Shown here one piece after another: positions 1-11,392 of a stretch of DNA of 40,936 nt. Each line of letters begins with the position of its first letter. Position 1 is the first letter of the stretch. The position numbers and the translations under genes are program-made. Below the pieces are notes generated by a model. The model saw only the letters and a list, made by a program, of their open reading frames with translations, had not been told where the DNA came from and made no database searches. Source of the DNA: Perkinsus chesapeaki ATCC PRA-425 (Eukaryota > Protista > Perkinsozoa); the NCBI GenBank assembly GCA_013115145.1, contig JAAPAO010000307.1, positions 1-40,936 of the forward strand, given 5' to 3'.

Positions 1-1324
1 GTGTTATCCAGCAGATAACGTCCGTTTGTAGACAGTAGTGCTGACAATAGTAATCGCCATGACACCGTGAACTCCCCCGCCAAATTACTCGTATGCAGTT
101 CTCTCCTTGCTCTTGAACACCAATGTTCATCATCAGGCTATACTCAAGCTCAAGGTGTATCATAAGTTTGAACCTCGGAGCTATTCCCATGAGGTGGGAG
201 ACACGCAGTTCTGGTACCGCTTTTTCCATATTGCCCGCAAGTGTCGAGGAGACAGAACCACCCTTTATTCTCGAGGTTTAGCCTTCAGTCGATAGATTGT
301 TACTAAATAGCGCGGCTTTTTTGGGTAGAAGAACTGGTTCTGTATAGATGATATGGAATGTGGGTTGCTAGAATAAATCAACGACTGACATGGCTGATAT
401 TTCGGCAGCAACATTCGGTTTGCATAGGCGTTGGTCGCAGCTTGCATGCGAGCAATGGCACGGTGCCATTGGCGCCTCAGCGAAGGGGACCGCAGCATCC
501 GACACGTCGATGAAGTCTCCTCCACCATCAATGTCAGCAGCAATACGTGCTGCCGCGATGACCTTGGGAGTCTGAATGACTGATTGAATGACATTTTGCT
601 CCAATCAAAGAAGCTTCCCCTTGTGCCCGGTTGCGTTCATTCGTTGTCAATCTAGAAGAGCCAATACGCTTTTCCCTTCTGCAGACGGGGAGATGACACT
701 GCCTCCAGCTGAGGATGACACGTCACTGATTAACCCGATAGAAGATGTGAATAACGAATCATCATTATGGTCGGTGCCAACACCAAAGATGGCTAGAAGA
801 GGCGGCAGCTTTAGACGTAGCTGCTCGCTCAGCAGCTCCTCTGTGTTGTTGCACCAGAGATCTATATCACAGGACATCGATCCTCCTGCAGTACGAAGTC
901 GAACGTCGGAGTACCTGGGAGGTGAGGGCAGTCAGAGGCTGCTGCCGAGAGAGTCTCAAATTTAGAGCCGATTCTTCGCGTACTGGTGGAGCTCAGTCCT
1001 GACAAACCACAAGGGATTGTCATAATTCGGGAAGGTGACGACATTGAAGAAGTTGCTGGAGTGTTCGTTAGAAAGAATGATCTGCCGGAGGAGCTGGCAG
1101 GTAGGAGCTTAGTCGGGTGTTGCAGTTGTGATTGGAATGCAGTTCCATTGGCTGAGAAGATCCAGGAAGATCTGGCTCACATCAGTCGTCGTGAAACAAG
1201 TCCGATTAGGCAAGAAGTAGCCAGTGATGATAAAATAGACTTTGACCTCCGGAACGTGGAGCACCGTGAGAAACTGGGGGTTGAGAACCTCTCGACTATG
1301 CTTGAGTTCATCCACTTGAAGTGA
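1..1324 (+). CDS. 3' part of a multi-exon hypothetical protein with a C-terminal PFU-like domain (5' end probably outside the window)
   Basis: Exons at ~965-1100 and ~1146-1324 read PILRVLVELSPDKPQGIVIIREGDDIEEVAGVFVRKNDLPEELA/VPLAEKIQEDLAHI, resembling the PFU-like pattern V.L...I...GD....A..F..KN.LP; stop TGA at 1322-1324. Upstream Ser/Pro-rich exons (~390-960) and the true start are uncertain. Confidence 0.45.
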
Positions 1325-1369
1325 ACCAGCTGGTTACCATGTTACTTTTTTTGACTACTGGTTGAGATT

Positions 1370-4300
1370 ATGTGTAGCTGTGTAGGTCTATCCCCGGTAG
1401 TTCACGTACCTTCACCAGGGGAGAATACTCCACCAGTAGGAGCAGCACCTCGAAGGCGGACGCCAAAATCTGCTGCTGAGGAATTTTCAGTAAGTGGTAG
1501 GGTACGGAAACGGCGACGGGAATTGGCAGACAGCAGTCCCTCCTGGAGATAAGACACGACGATGGAAGAACGGTGGACATCTCTGGAGTGGGGTGAGAAA
1601 CAGAGGCCGCGGAGGCAGACGAGGAGGTTTTGGGGGAGGCCAACAAAAGCTTCTTGAAAATGGTTGGTCGCACCCAGCATTGAAGTGATAGCGGGTCTCA
1701 TAGGTGGCAAAAATGTGGAGCGCAAAGCCGCAGAAGGTCCGTCGGTATTCTCTAAGCTGCATGAACATGCAGAACTGAGACAAAAGAAGCTTATGCGAAA
1801 GAGGCAGGAGTTGCAGCAAGCCAGTACACCAATTCCGCACTCTGCCGCACGACCGTCGACAAGGTAGGAAGCACTAGGGTTACGCCGCGATAAAGTGAAG
1901 ATTCGCTGGCCCGCAACCCTTGGTGCCTATGATGAGGGTTAATCAAAGTGAGATACTTAGCTTGATGACCTAGCGGATCAGATTACCTCATCTACAGGCC
2001 CTGTAAGCTCAAAGAATATGAGATGAGTTAGGAGAAGAGTTCTAAACTAAGAAAGAGCTTAACTAAGCTGCAGAGCAAAAAAATGAACTCACTTAAGAAA
2101 TTCCTTGGTGGCCGTTGACTCGACTTCTACCACTCGACGTTTTCTCTTTCGAGGCCTGCGAGGTACTTTCACTTCAGACCGGCAGACAAGGCTATCATAT
2201 TGATGGACTTGGTTCATTTCTAGATCTGGCTCCAAATATCTTGATTGTGTTACACAATTTGTGTAGTTACCGTGGCACCCAATCAAACTTGAAGACCGAG
2301 GGAACCACTTGTACACCGGGACATCGTCTTTACACCATGCATGAGAAGTAGGCTTTAATAGCATTGCCTTTGAGGCATGTCATTGTTTCATTCTGACAAG
2401 GAAAATACGGCAACTCGTACAGCTTCAACGTGATCACGCTGTTCAACGGGATAAGGCCGAGCTTCAGGGTGCAACGTTTAAACCGTCCATTGGTGAGAAG
2501 ACTGGGAACTCTTACAACCAGGGAGCTAGTGGTGTCAGACAGGTACAAGTCAGCGAGTATGCCCAGGCGTGAGTAGATTCCATTCGGACAAGGAAAATAC
2601 TGAGATTCGGCAAGATGTGAGACGGGTACCCATCGGGGCTTGCGCTACGAAGATGTTGGCTAGGACACAGCTCGTCAAAAGTGGAGAGAAGAGAAAGCAG
2701 CACAACTGCGGATGGATATCGAACAGGAACAGATGAAGGAGTGCTCTTTTACGTGAGTGCACGCCATCTAGGAGCAATCTCTTGTGTAAAGCCGAGTGAC
2801 CAGTGAATGTACACACGTTCGATTGTCGCTTGTTCGCTTAGACCTCATTTGAATTCTGAGTCTCTTCGTATTGCCCACCAAAGAAATCCTTTCCAAAGGG
2901 GTGGGAGCCATTTTGAGACCCTCTACCAAGATGCATTTGAGAGGCGGGTAAGGCGATGTAGACTCGGAGGATAAAGTATCAATATCAGGAGCGAAAGGAG
3001 AAATGGCAGAGCTATCTTCCAGAGGGCGTCACTTTCGTGCCGGATATTGGAGCAGCGCACGAGCGCCCTTCTAACGACGAAAACAGGGAACAGTTTTTTC
3101 GCCGGCTCACGTTAAGCTGCTTATGCCGTTGTATTGGAGCAAGCTTCTTGGTTAGATACAGTCGCCAAGGTTCCACTCCTCGGAATATATGTGGCGATTC
3201 CCTTGCGTCCGGCTGTTTTCCCTTTACACATTCCGTTGTTGAACACTCCAGTGGTAATCCATCAAAAGCTCATAAAGATTATAACGGTGTGAGCCAGTAC
3301 ACTCGAGCAGGTGCCCTATCTGACAGTTTTCCTATCACCACTTGGGCTGCCACAACTAGCATTGATGGGCCAGGTAACCATCTGCTATTCCTGTTGAGCT
3401 AAATGGGCAGTTCTCTAGGCAACAAGAGTGCCCGGAGTAGCAGACGGAACGAGCGCTTCGCTACTGAAAGACTAAGTCACTCTGCGGGGTCTACAAATGG
3501 AGGGAAGGTTGCTCGATCGGGAGGAATCTTTGAAGTATACTGGAACTTTACATGTCCTTCCACCAGGAGACTTGCCGCCCTTCAGAGACTCTTCAACGAA
3601 TCTGTGGAACTGAAGGAGCGCGCGGCAGCGTCCGAGGCTGAAGCAATTAAGGTGGGTGGCAACAAGCTTGCTGAGTATCGAAGTGATCTAAGATTATCAA
3701 TCTTTGTATGGTAGTGGTCGAAGGAGCTATCCTCTGAAGCCAGGGCGTTAGAGAGAAGCAGAGAGATCCTGCAAGCCAAGAAAATGGAGAAGTACGATCG
3801 ACTATACCGTGGACTCGGAGGTGAGAGAGCTTGATTTATACGGTCGATGCTTATGTCCGTGTGGACCGTCATTGCTGATAACTATCTGACACTTTCCATT
3901 CGAGAGCACAGGAATTCATCGACTGGCGCTGTTTTCTCAGGTAAACCAGGATCGGATAATCCTAATGAATGGATCAACCCAAAAAACATTCGGAAGGATG
4001 CGATCGAGGACACTTGTGAAAGGGATATGTTATGTCTCCGAGAGTTGTCTCTCTACTTAATTATCTTCGTGGTGCAGGTGGCTCATATAGTATCGTATGT
4101 TGAGGAATCGGGGGAAGCTGTTAGCTGGGAGCAGTTCATTGCTGCAGTTGACTATAAGATACGATTGTCACGGAAGCCTTCCAGTCATCTCTTCATCTCA
4201 AATAGTATAAATAGGAAAGAAATGGGACAGTAAGCGATGCAATGGCAAGAACGAACCCATGTGTACTTAGGCCGAATGATAATGAACATGTGGAGGATGC

Positions 4301-4670
4301 GAAGATTACGAGCTTTACACCCCGTATAGATCCTCACTCATCGAGACTATTAGAGCGTCACCAGAATCGAGCGGTAGGGGAAATATAATGGGAGATTGCG
4401 AGGCGTTAGAGTAGGGTCCCATACATGAACGGTTAGTAGCTGAGAAACGTGTATGGGAAACTAAAATAGAAGATTTGAAAAGAGAAGTAGAGGAAAAGGA
4501 GCTCGAGGAGTGTAAGTATCTCTGCGAGTTGTGTGCTCATCAATCACTATGGATAAAATAAGAATGCTCGTGTGTGCTGTAATCGAGCTGAGATACACTT
4601 TCACTCCGCCGCAGGTACATTTCGTCCGAAGACTCGCCCATATAGGGAGCATCGTTTGCCGAGGAACTGA
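1370..4670 (+). CDS. Multi-exon coiled-coil protein with repeated [C/S]xFxPxI/T and LYxDA-type motifs (alveolate/ciliate-type repeat protein, function unknown)
   Basis: Exons read SVFSKLHEHAELRQKKL (~1740), GATFKPSIGEK (~2470), KECSFT (~2737), IFETLYQDAFERR (~2910), GRHFVPDIGAAHER (~3025), SFTPRIDPHSSRLLE (~4313) and ELEE-[C/G]/TFRPKTRPYREHRLPRN* (stop 4668-4670), separated by short GT-AG introns. Start position is approximate. Confidence 0.6.
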
Positions 4671-5206
4671 CGTGATGGCCGCTAGCCTTCCTTTATTCTA
4701 TCTTCTTGTATTATTACGACCACGACTGTTCCGGGAACAGTGTTCCCTAGTGGCTGCCCTGCGTTAACTCCTTGAGCTGCGAGAATCTCCGCTGATCAAG
4801 TTGTTGAGTGTTGAATTAGTGGGCCTCAGAAGCAGGGATCATGAATTCTCCCAATGGTTATCAATGTAATTCCGCACCAGCTAGAACCAATGATATCTAG
4901 AAGAGCAGTAGCTGTTATTTCTGTAGACATCACCTGCTGCAGAGTAAGAAAGTCCGCTTTACGCGAGATACCTAGGACTTCTCCAACACACTGTGTTAAA
5001 CACAGTACGCTGATTAGTCTCCAACTAAATTTTTGTTTAGTCTTGCGAAGACATGACTCAACAGAGAATAATAATGGTTTTGTTACACTGCTCCTGAGAC
5101 CTAGTTTCGCTGAAAGCCTATCAGCACCCTGGCTTTAATAGTAGTCAGTTGGTTGCGCAGTCAAGGCTTTTAGCGGGTCTCTTGTAGGAGACAATGAAAA
5201 GAGGCA

Positions 5207-5944
5207 TCACGCTTTGCTCAGTACAAAGCGTGTATTGTGTAAAACGATGAAAACTTTCGAACTGCCTGCGAAGACAACGTTGGTAAGATCACCTGGGCTC
5301 AAGGGATATCGCGGACAGATAAACCTGATATCGCGTTCTAGCGTCTCAACTGTAGCCGAGGGAGCCAAACCGAAGGGTTTGTATTGTAAGGACTTATCAT
5401 TCTCGGTGAGAATGATCGCGGCCACTGCAGTATCAATGCAGCCAAATTTTACATCACGGCGACCGTTAGAGTGGACGGTGTACTTGAGATGGACGCCTGG
5501 GAACGGATAGTTATCTCCCACGTACTCAAACGCTTCCGGTTGGACGCTGAAACTTGCCTGAGTAGGTCCAACCTCCTTCCACCGAACATGACATATAGAA
5601 TATCAGCAGTCACGAAGCTGAAGGTGGTCAGGTCTCTCTCTTGAAACACAACATCAGGGTAGATGGAGCGTATTCCTCTGTATAAACGAGAGACTCCTTC
5701 GCCTTTTTCGTCGAAGTTAAGAGCAAACCAAAGACCACCTTGACGGGTAAGAGCATAGTAGCCAGCAATGAAATGGCTGGTTGGGGTATCGAACATGATC
5801 ACCACAGTCTTATCCTCGCGGATGTCCAAAGCGAGGCGATACTGGACATCTTCAGCGTAGAGGTACATACCGCCCAACTGTTTGAGCCGCGACAGCGTGA
5901 GCAGTATGGGTAACGAAGATCAACCAAGCTCCGAAAAATCTCAT
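5207..5944 (-). pseudogene. Secreted two-domain family paralog A, disrupted by two frameshifts
   Basis: Signal peptide MRFFGAWLIFVTHTAHAVAAQTVGR starts at 5944. An apparent +4 (TATG, 5866-5869) leads to the middle frame YLYAEDVQYRLALD...RLDLLRQ. An apparent -1 at ~5553 leads to GFSVQPEAFEYVGDNYPFP...FVLSKA*. Colinear with the intact paralog at 7590-8330. Confidence 0.85.
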
Positions 5945-6007
5945 TTTTGCCAGAAGAAGCAGAATCTGTTTCGACGTTTGTCTGTCAATTTCACACAGCG
6001 GCTGTAA

Positions 6008-6016
6008 ACGCATGCG
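6008..6016 (-). promoter_or_regulatory. Conserved upstream motif (CGCATGCGT on the coding strand) of paralog A
   Basis: ACGCATGCG on + lies 64-72 nt upstream of ATG 5944; the same core occurs at a similar distance before the other paralogs. Confidence 0.5.
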
Positions 6017-6252
6017 ATACGTTCCAGGTTGGACGAGGCCCCCGGGCGAAGTATTGTCCAATACGTTGCGTTTGCCGCAGATACTAGATACTTTCGCGTT
6101 GGGTGTTCAACTAAAAGCGGCTCATTTGAGTGTGTCGTGCTGCTAGGACGGGTAATCACCACTACCTTCCAGCTCAGGCTTTGATACGTAATTCGTAATA
6201 GTATTGAGCAATGCCATGTAACACACTCGTCCTCTGACGCAGAGACCTAATA

Positions 6253-6297
6253 GTATTAGTCTAATACCACGCAGTCTGCGTGGTATTAGGCTAATAC
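6253..6297. repeat. Three abutting 15-bp palindromes forming one 45-bp palindrome
   Basis: GTATTAG-T-CTAATAC, CACGCAG-T-CTGCGTG and GTATTAG-G-CTAATAC read directly from the sequence. Confidence 0.95.
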
Positions 6298-7589
6298 CGT
6301 GAGAGACGCAGTTATAGCGATGTCCCGGGGGACTGTTATAGCCTTTACCCGAATATTGTATGTAGTGCATATTCGCGATGCACTTTTTGTAGCTCTGGAT
6401 TCCAGAAATGTTCAACCTCACCTTTCCCTAAGGGAAATGCCCTTGCTAAAGAGTAGATTTGAAGAGTGCAGAATAAATGAAGTATGGGTGGATAAACACC
6501 TCTACATGGGGACAAAGAGAATCACTAGACTCTCGTGACTAGAGTGGATCCAGACTGGGCACTGCGGGCTACAAAGTTCTTTGCAAAACTCCCCGTTTTT
6601 GTCATTACCGTTGTTTGGGGCATGCCGCTCTCCCCAGCTTTGCATTCCCCGGCCTTGTCTTCTCATTGCAAGCCGCAAACGAAGCAAATTCAGATGAATT
6701 TGATTGGCGCTCAGACCTTCGTCTTACCCCTTGTATGGGGACAACTCGTGGAGCGAACCTTGTTGGGGCGCTGGATAGCCTCAAGTCTGAATGTTACAAC
6801 GGCTCGTGCTCTTTGGCTCTTTGGTAGACACCGAAAATCGAGATGGGCAGCTACACCGATACCGCAACAAATTTCGCTCCCGGATCGGCTACAGTACGCA
6901 TGCATATTTTCTCTATTATTAAGACCGAAACTGTTCTCTGATCCTCGACCCACGTTAAAAGCATCAAGTTGGGGGATTTCGAAAAACTCCGCTGATCAAG
7001 TTATTGAGTGATGAATTTGTGTACCTTGGGGCAAGGATGGTCAATAAGGTAGATATACTGCGATGGCGCTATTATGCAGTAAGCTCGCAGCAATGCCTAA
7101 AAGAAATTATCAAAATGCTCCGGACCGTGTAACACTATGGATTGGATCAGAAGTGAGTGGTATCTCCTTGGAATTGAAGACTCTTGAAAGAGATTACCTC
7201 AATTTCTGCTCATAATGCCTACAAGTGGCGACGGGGGAAACGACTTCTACGCTATGGTTATTATTGACAACACGATTCCTCTAGAAAACTGGGGAAACTA
7301 TGCATCAACTAGAATCAATGATATCTAGAAGAGCAGTAGCCGTATAGTGTTATAGAAATCATCTGCCGCAGACTAAGAACGTCTGCGCGGTAACCATTTC
7401 CACGCAGAAGCGCGAAAGATTCACGGTAGGAGAAAAACCGATAAAGAAGAATCATGTGCAGCTGCTTCCAAGACTTGCTTCTAGCACTCTTCATTGGTGA
7501 TATACTTACCGATGCCACCTCAGCGGTACTACTAGAAAAATCACATATTAACAGCTGTTAGCGCATCGGCCTTACTTAGAGCCTAAGGA

Positions 7590-8330
7590 TCATATTTTAC
7601 TTAACACATAACGTCTCCCACTTAAGACAATGAAGATCGTTAACTCATCTGCGAAGACAACGTTGGTAAGGTCACCTGGGCTCACAGGAGTCCCCGGACA
7701 GGCAAGCCTGATATCACGCTTCAGCTTCTCAACATTATGTAGGGGAGCCAACTTGTAGGACTTGTACTTCAAGGACTTTTCGTCCTCAGTCAGAGTGAAC
7801 AATACCGTAGGAGATGCAATATCAGTGCATATAAATTGTACATCAAGTTCACCGTTAGAATAAACGGTGTAGCTTATATGGAGAGTTGGGAACGGGAACT
7901 CGCCTAACTTATAGACAAACCTCCCCGCTTGTAATGTGTGTCCCTGTCTTATCAAGTCCACTCTTTTACCACCAAGCATGACATACAGAGTATCCCCAGT
8001 GGTGTATGTCAAAGTTGTCAAGTCTCCATTTCGAATGACAATATCTGGGTAAACTGAACGTATTCCCATGTACCAGTGATGGACTCCTTCGAATGTACCG
8101 TTGAAATTGACGGCATAGGTGCCTCCACCTTGGTGAGTAAGAGGGTAGTAACCATCAATGAAATGCTTGGTCGGGGTATCAAAGATTAGTCCGACGGTCT
8201 TATCCGAGAAGACATCGAATGCCAAACGATACTTCCTACCCTCAGCGTGGACGTATCTGCCAATCGACTGGGCAACGGCGCCGGTGAGAGCTTGGATAGA
8301 GAAGACCAACCAAGTAGTGGAGAATCTCAT
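7590..8330 (-). CDS. Secreted two-domain family paralog B (246 aa, intact, intronless, signal peptide)
   Basis: Single ORF starting MRFSTTWLVFSIQALTGAVAQSIGRY. Two internal repeats each start GR[YF]V[HY] and contain GDLT; the C-terminal half has a conserved Cys pair. Homologous to four other loci in the window. Confidence 0.9.
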   Translation of the reverse strand: MRFSTTWLVFSIQALTGAVAQSIGRYVHAEGRKYRLAFDVFSDKTVGLIFDTPTKHFIDGYYPLTHQGGGTYAVNFNGTFEGVHHWYMGIRSVYPDIVIRNGDLTTLTYTTGDTLYVMLGGKRVDLIRQGHTLQAGRFVYKLGEFPFPTLHISYTVYSNGELDVQFICTDIASPTVLFTLTEDEKSLKYKSYKLAPLHNVEKLKRDIRLACPGTPVSPGDLTNVVFADELTIFIVLSGRRYVLSKI

Positions 8331-8403
8331 CTTTGCAGAGAATGGGCTATTCTGAGTAACTACAATATCCCGTTCACCGAATGTTCTCTCGCAGCTGCTA
8401 TGA

Positions 8404-8413
8404 ACGCATGCGT
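8404..8413 (-). promoter_or_regulatory. Conserved upstream palindromic motif ACGCATGCGT of paralog B
   Basis: Located 74-83 nt upstream of ATG 8330. Confidence 0.5.
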
Positions 8414-10598
8414 TATTTTCCGTGATGAAATAGGCCTCTGAATGGAGCCTCTATTACACAAAATCGTATAGTTATCGTTTTTGTTACTGGTACCATGTTA
8501 TGCGTCAAGCGTTGATATGGGGCCGTCGTACATGACTAGAGTTCCCGCCGTGTGGTCGACTCTTCGGCCTGCGCTCCTCCATGTACATTGATAATGCAAG
8601 AACACTTTATAGTTTTGTTATATAGCGCACAACGCCCTGTCGAAAAGATGTTGTGAGGGTCGCTGCGGTCCATGGCACATGGAGCTGGACACGGGTCCCG
8701 TGTCGAGGGATCTTACACAAGGGCCTAGCGTTGGGACCTAAAGACTGCCATGATTGAAGTTCATGAAGTGACCTACTAATCTCCCGATTTTCACTTAGTC
8801 TAAATATTTACAATCAGTGAAAGTCGGAGATATTGGACTCCAGTAATTGGAGAGCAGAAGTGGAAGTATCGCCATGCGTACTACAGATGCTTACCGGTAG
8901 CTCAACAACGTAGGTAGAGCCGAGCTTCGGTTGCCGAAGCACCCTTCACTAAAGGGCCTTCAGAAGGAGTTGAGGTCAACACTGGGTTTTCCGGTAACGG
9001 CACCTGTCCGATCGTTGTGCCCCACAACTTATTTCTGTGTTGTGCTAAGTGTCCTTGCATCCAGCTAGTGGACTCGGTCCATAGCTCATTCGTGGTATAA
9101 GTTCTTTAAGCTTCCGCGGTATCGACCTCATCACCTACGAACCACTAGCGAAGTGCAGGGAGAGTCTGTGCCTGCTTAGTTGTGCATTGTGTATTTTGCG
9201 CGAATGTGCCCCTGGGCGAGCGAGGTTCCTGATGGGAATCCTTCCCCAATGGAAAGTTGTGAAGGTGCGCCTTTGCAATAACTGAAGAGCTTGTGGTGTT
9301 TACTCCGGGTTTACACACTGAGGCTCGTCTCAGCTTGGAAATTTCGAGGAAATCTGACTTCCATTTTTTCTCTATCGGGAGGAGCCTGGTTTGTGACTCA
9401 TAGTTGGCTGGGCAAACTTGGCTCTCTACGTAGATTGTAGTGAGTACGAGTCACTAACTGGGCTCGGCTTCGGTGTTGTCACTGGCAGCCTATAGAGAGG
9501 TAATCCCAAACTTCAGAGGCTGTCTTGCCAAACAAGACATGCCGCCATCCGGCTGTCGGTAAACACCTTCGCCGGGCGAAGTTCGCCCTCTTCGCACCCT
9601 CCCGAAAAGATAGCGACTTACCTGATTCCTACGAGCCAGTAAGAAGCCATACGGACGTAAGGAAACTCTAGGAATTTGATCTTTGGGCTCCCTACCACCT
9701 GCGGAATTGATTGGCATGCTTCATTAAGCCACCAAATTTTTCGCACCCTATCTTTCGCAAATGCTACACGAGAAATACACTATTCCAGAGAAGGGGTTAC
9801 TATAGCCCGACCGAAACATCGTCTCTGGACTATGCCGAGGTTCGTTGAGTGAACTCCGGGACCTAGCGCTTTCTCGAATGGTAAACTGAAGTCAAGAAAG
9901 CTTTACTTTTCGCAGCGCCCGTGGGTTGACAACCTCAGGAGTAAAGCTACAGATGATTGATAATTGACATGTGAGTGCTTTAGCAGCACTGCTAACCTGT
10001 CCGACAATAGGTATTCTTCGTGCCTTGTATCGCTCGGTTCTGGTTACGCCTCGGGACGCCTAGAACGTCTGATCGCGCTCAAGAAGATCATGCTCTCAGC
10101 TAAGGACTCCCGAGTGACGGGGAATGGTGAATTCTAACTGTCGAAGGTAGCTCTTGGTTATTTCCGCGATTGTGAAAAGTAGGCAAGAGAAGTGGCACGG
10201 GGGGCGAGGATCTCTCAATTACTATATAGAGCGTTCTTGAGTCTAGACAAAGGTCAAATCTTGCCCTGAGGGTCTCCCTATCGTCACCTGTTCAAAATCA
10301 AGCATGACTGAGGTCGACTGCGGAACCAATCCATTAGCATTGACAACACAATCTCCTAATGAAGTTGAAAGGACTATGCGTTTTCCTGATTCATCGACAC
10401 CTAAGGTAGCAGCCGCATTGCGCAACTGGCAAAGAGTACCATGGGCATTCGTACGCCATAGGAAAACTTAGTGTTCACCCTACGGTAATGAAAGCCTCCA
10501 CTGGTAGAGACAACGGACAAAAAATGCGAGTTAAAAAACAAAGCCGAATAATAATCTAGACTTTGGCAGCGCTTGTACACGACCATGATAGCAAAATC

Positions 10599-11327
10599 TC
10601 ACTCTATTTTTTTCAGGCGAAAGAGCCTGTTCTCAAGGACGATCAAAACTGTGCTCAGCGTAGCAAAGCCGACCTCGCGTAGATCGTAAGGTTCCACGGG
10701 AAGCCACGGGCACATGTGCTTGACCTTCCTTCTCAGCTCTTCAATTTTGCTAGGAGGCTCCAAATTGTAGGCGTTGTCCGCCGATTGAGTGAGACCGAAA
10801 GACATAGTCGACATCTGACTGTGGAAGCATTCAAACTGCACGTCAAGGAGGCCTTCAGCATGAATGGTATAGTTTATGCGGAGAAAAGGACTGGAGCCTT
10901 CTACGTACATAAATTTGCCCGCCACCAATGGGAATCCGTACCCATACAAATCCAGCTTTTTTCCTTCGAACCCAACAGTCAGGAACCCATATGGTGAGTA
11001 CGTGAAGTTTGTCAAGTCGCCATCTCGAAAGAAAACATCGGGAGCGATACGCTTTATTTCTCTGTACCACAATCTCACGCCTTCGACTGTACCGGTAAAG
11101 TTGATGAAGTAGTTACTCGAACCTTGGTCGATAAGTGGATAACGGCCATCAATGAAGTGTTCGGTACGGGTATCGAAGATGATAGCAACACTCTTATCGT
11201 CATATACATCAAATCCCAAACGATATCTTCCCTCTTTCTGGGTATACAGGAACCTACCCGCTGGCTGCGCTACAGCAGTGATGAGGATATTGGCAGCTAT
11301 CACCGACCAAGTAGACGAGAATTTCAT
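10599..11327 (-). CDS. Secreted two-domain family paralog C (242 aa, intact, intronless, signal peptide)
   Basis: Single ORF MKFSSTWSVIAANILITAVAQPAGRFLY...GDLTNFTY...FECF...MCPW...; colinear with paralog B. Confidence 0.9.
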   Translation of the reverse strand: MKFSSTWSVIAANILITAVAQPAGRFLYTQKEGRYRLGFDVYDDKSVAIIFDTRTEHFIDGRYPLIDQGSSNYFINFTGTVEGVRLWYREIKRIAPDVFFRDGDLTNFTYSPYGFLTVGFEGKKLDLYGYGFPLVAGKFMYVEGSSPFLRINYTIHAEGLLDVQFECFHSQMSTMSFGLTQSADNAYNLEPPSKIEELRRKVKHMCPWLPVEPYDLREVGFATLSTVLIVLENRLFRLKKIE

Positions 11328-11383
11328 TTATGCGAAAATGAATACAATTTGCTTCTAACAGATTGCTGTTAAAGCCGGCTGGC

Positions 11384-11392
11384 ACGCATGCG
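11384..11392 (-). promoter_or_regulatory. Conserved upstream motif (CGCATGCGT on the coding strand) of paralog C
   Basis: ACGCATGCG on + lies 57-65 nt upstream of ATG 11327. Confidence 0.5.

Larger units (their letters stand above)
4787..6016. repeat. Copy 1 of a diverged tandem segmental duplication (secreted-family gene plus flanks); partner at ~6987-8413
   Basis: ctccgctgatcaagttgttgagtg (4787) matches ctccgctgatcaagttattgagtg (6987); ctagaaccaatgatatctagaagagcagtagc (4881) matches ctagaatcaatgatatctagaagagcagtagc (7309). Gene stops (5207/7590) and starts (5944/8330) are offset by ~2385 nt. Confidence 0.8.
6987..8413. repeat. Copy 2 of the diverged tandem segmental duplication; partner at ~4787-6016
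   Basis: Shared downstream blocks and a colinear gene (see partner entry); an indel of ~230 nt separates the two shared downstream blocks. Confidence 0.8.

Noticed and set aside
2903-2918. AGCCATTTTG match to the dinoflagellate SL core
   Set aside because: Only 10 nt, and it lies inside a coding exon (GAIFETLYQD); a chance match.
6615-6930. MGTTRGANLVGALDSLKSE faintly resembles a hAT/Buster transposase segment
   Set aside because: Only a short motif; no catalytic DDE context, no TIRs or TSDs found. Needs an HMM hit before it can be called.
8700-10590. Short ORFs (9490-9717, 10243-10425, 10401-10586) between paralogs B and C
   Set aside because: No recognisable homology or consistent splice pattern; they may be remnants but cannot be supported.
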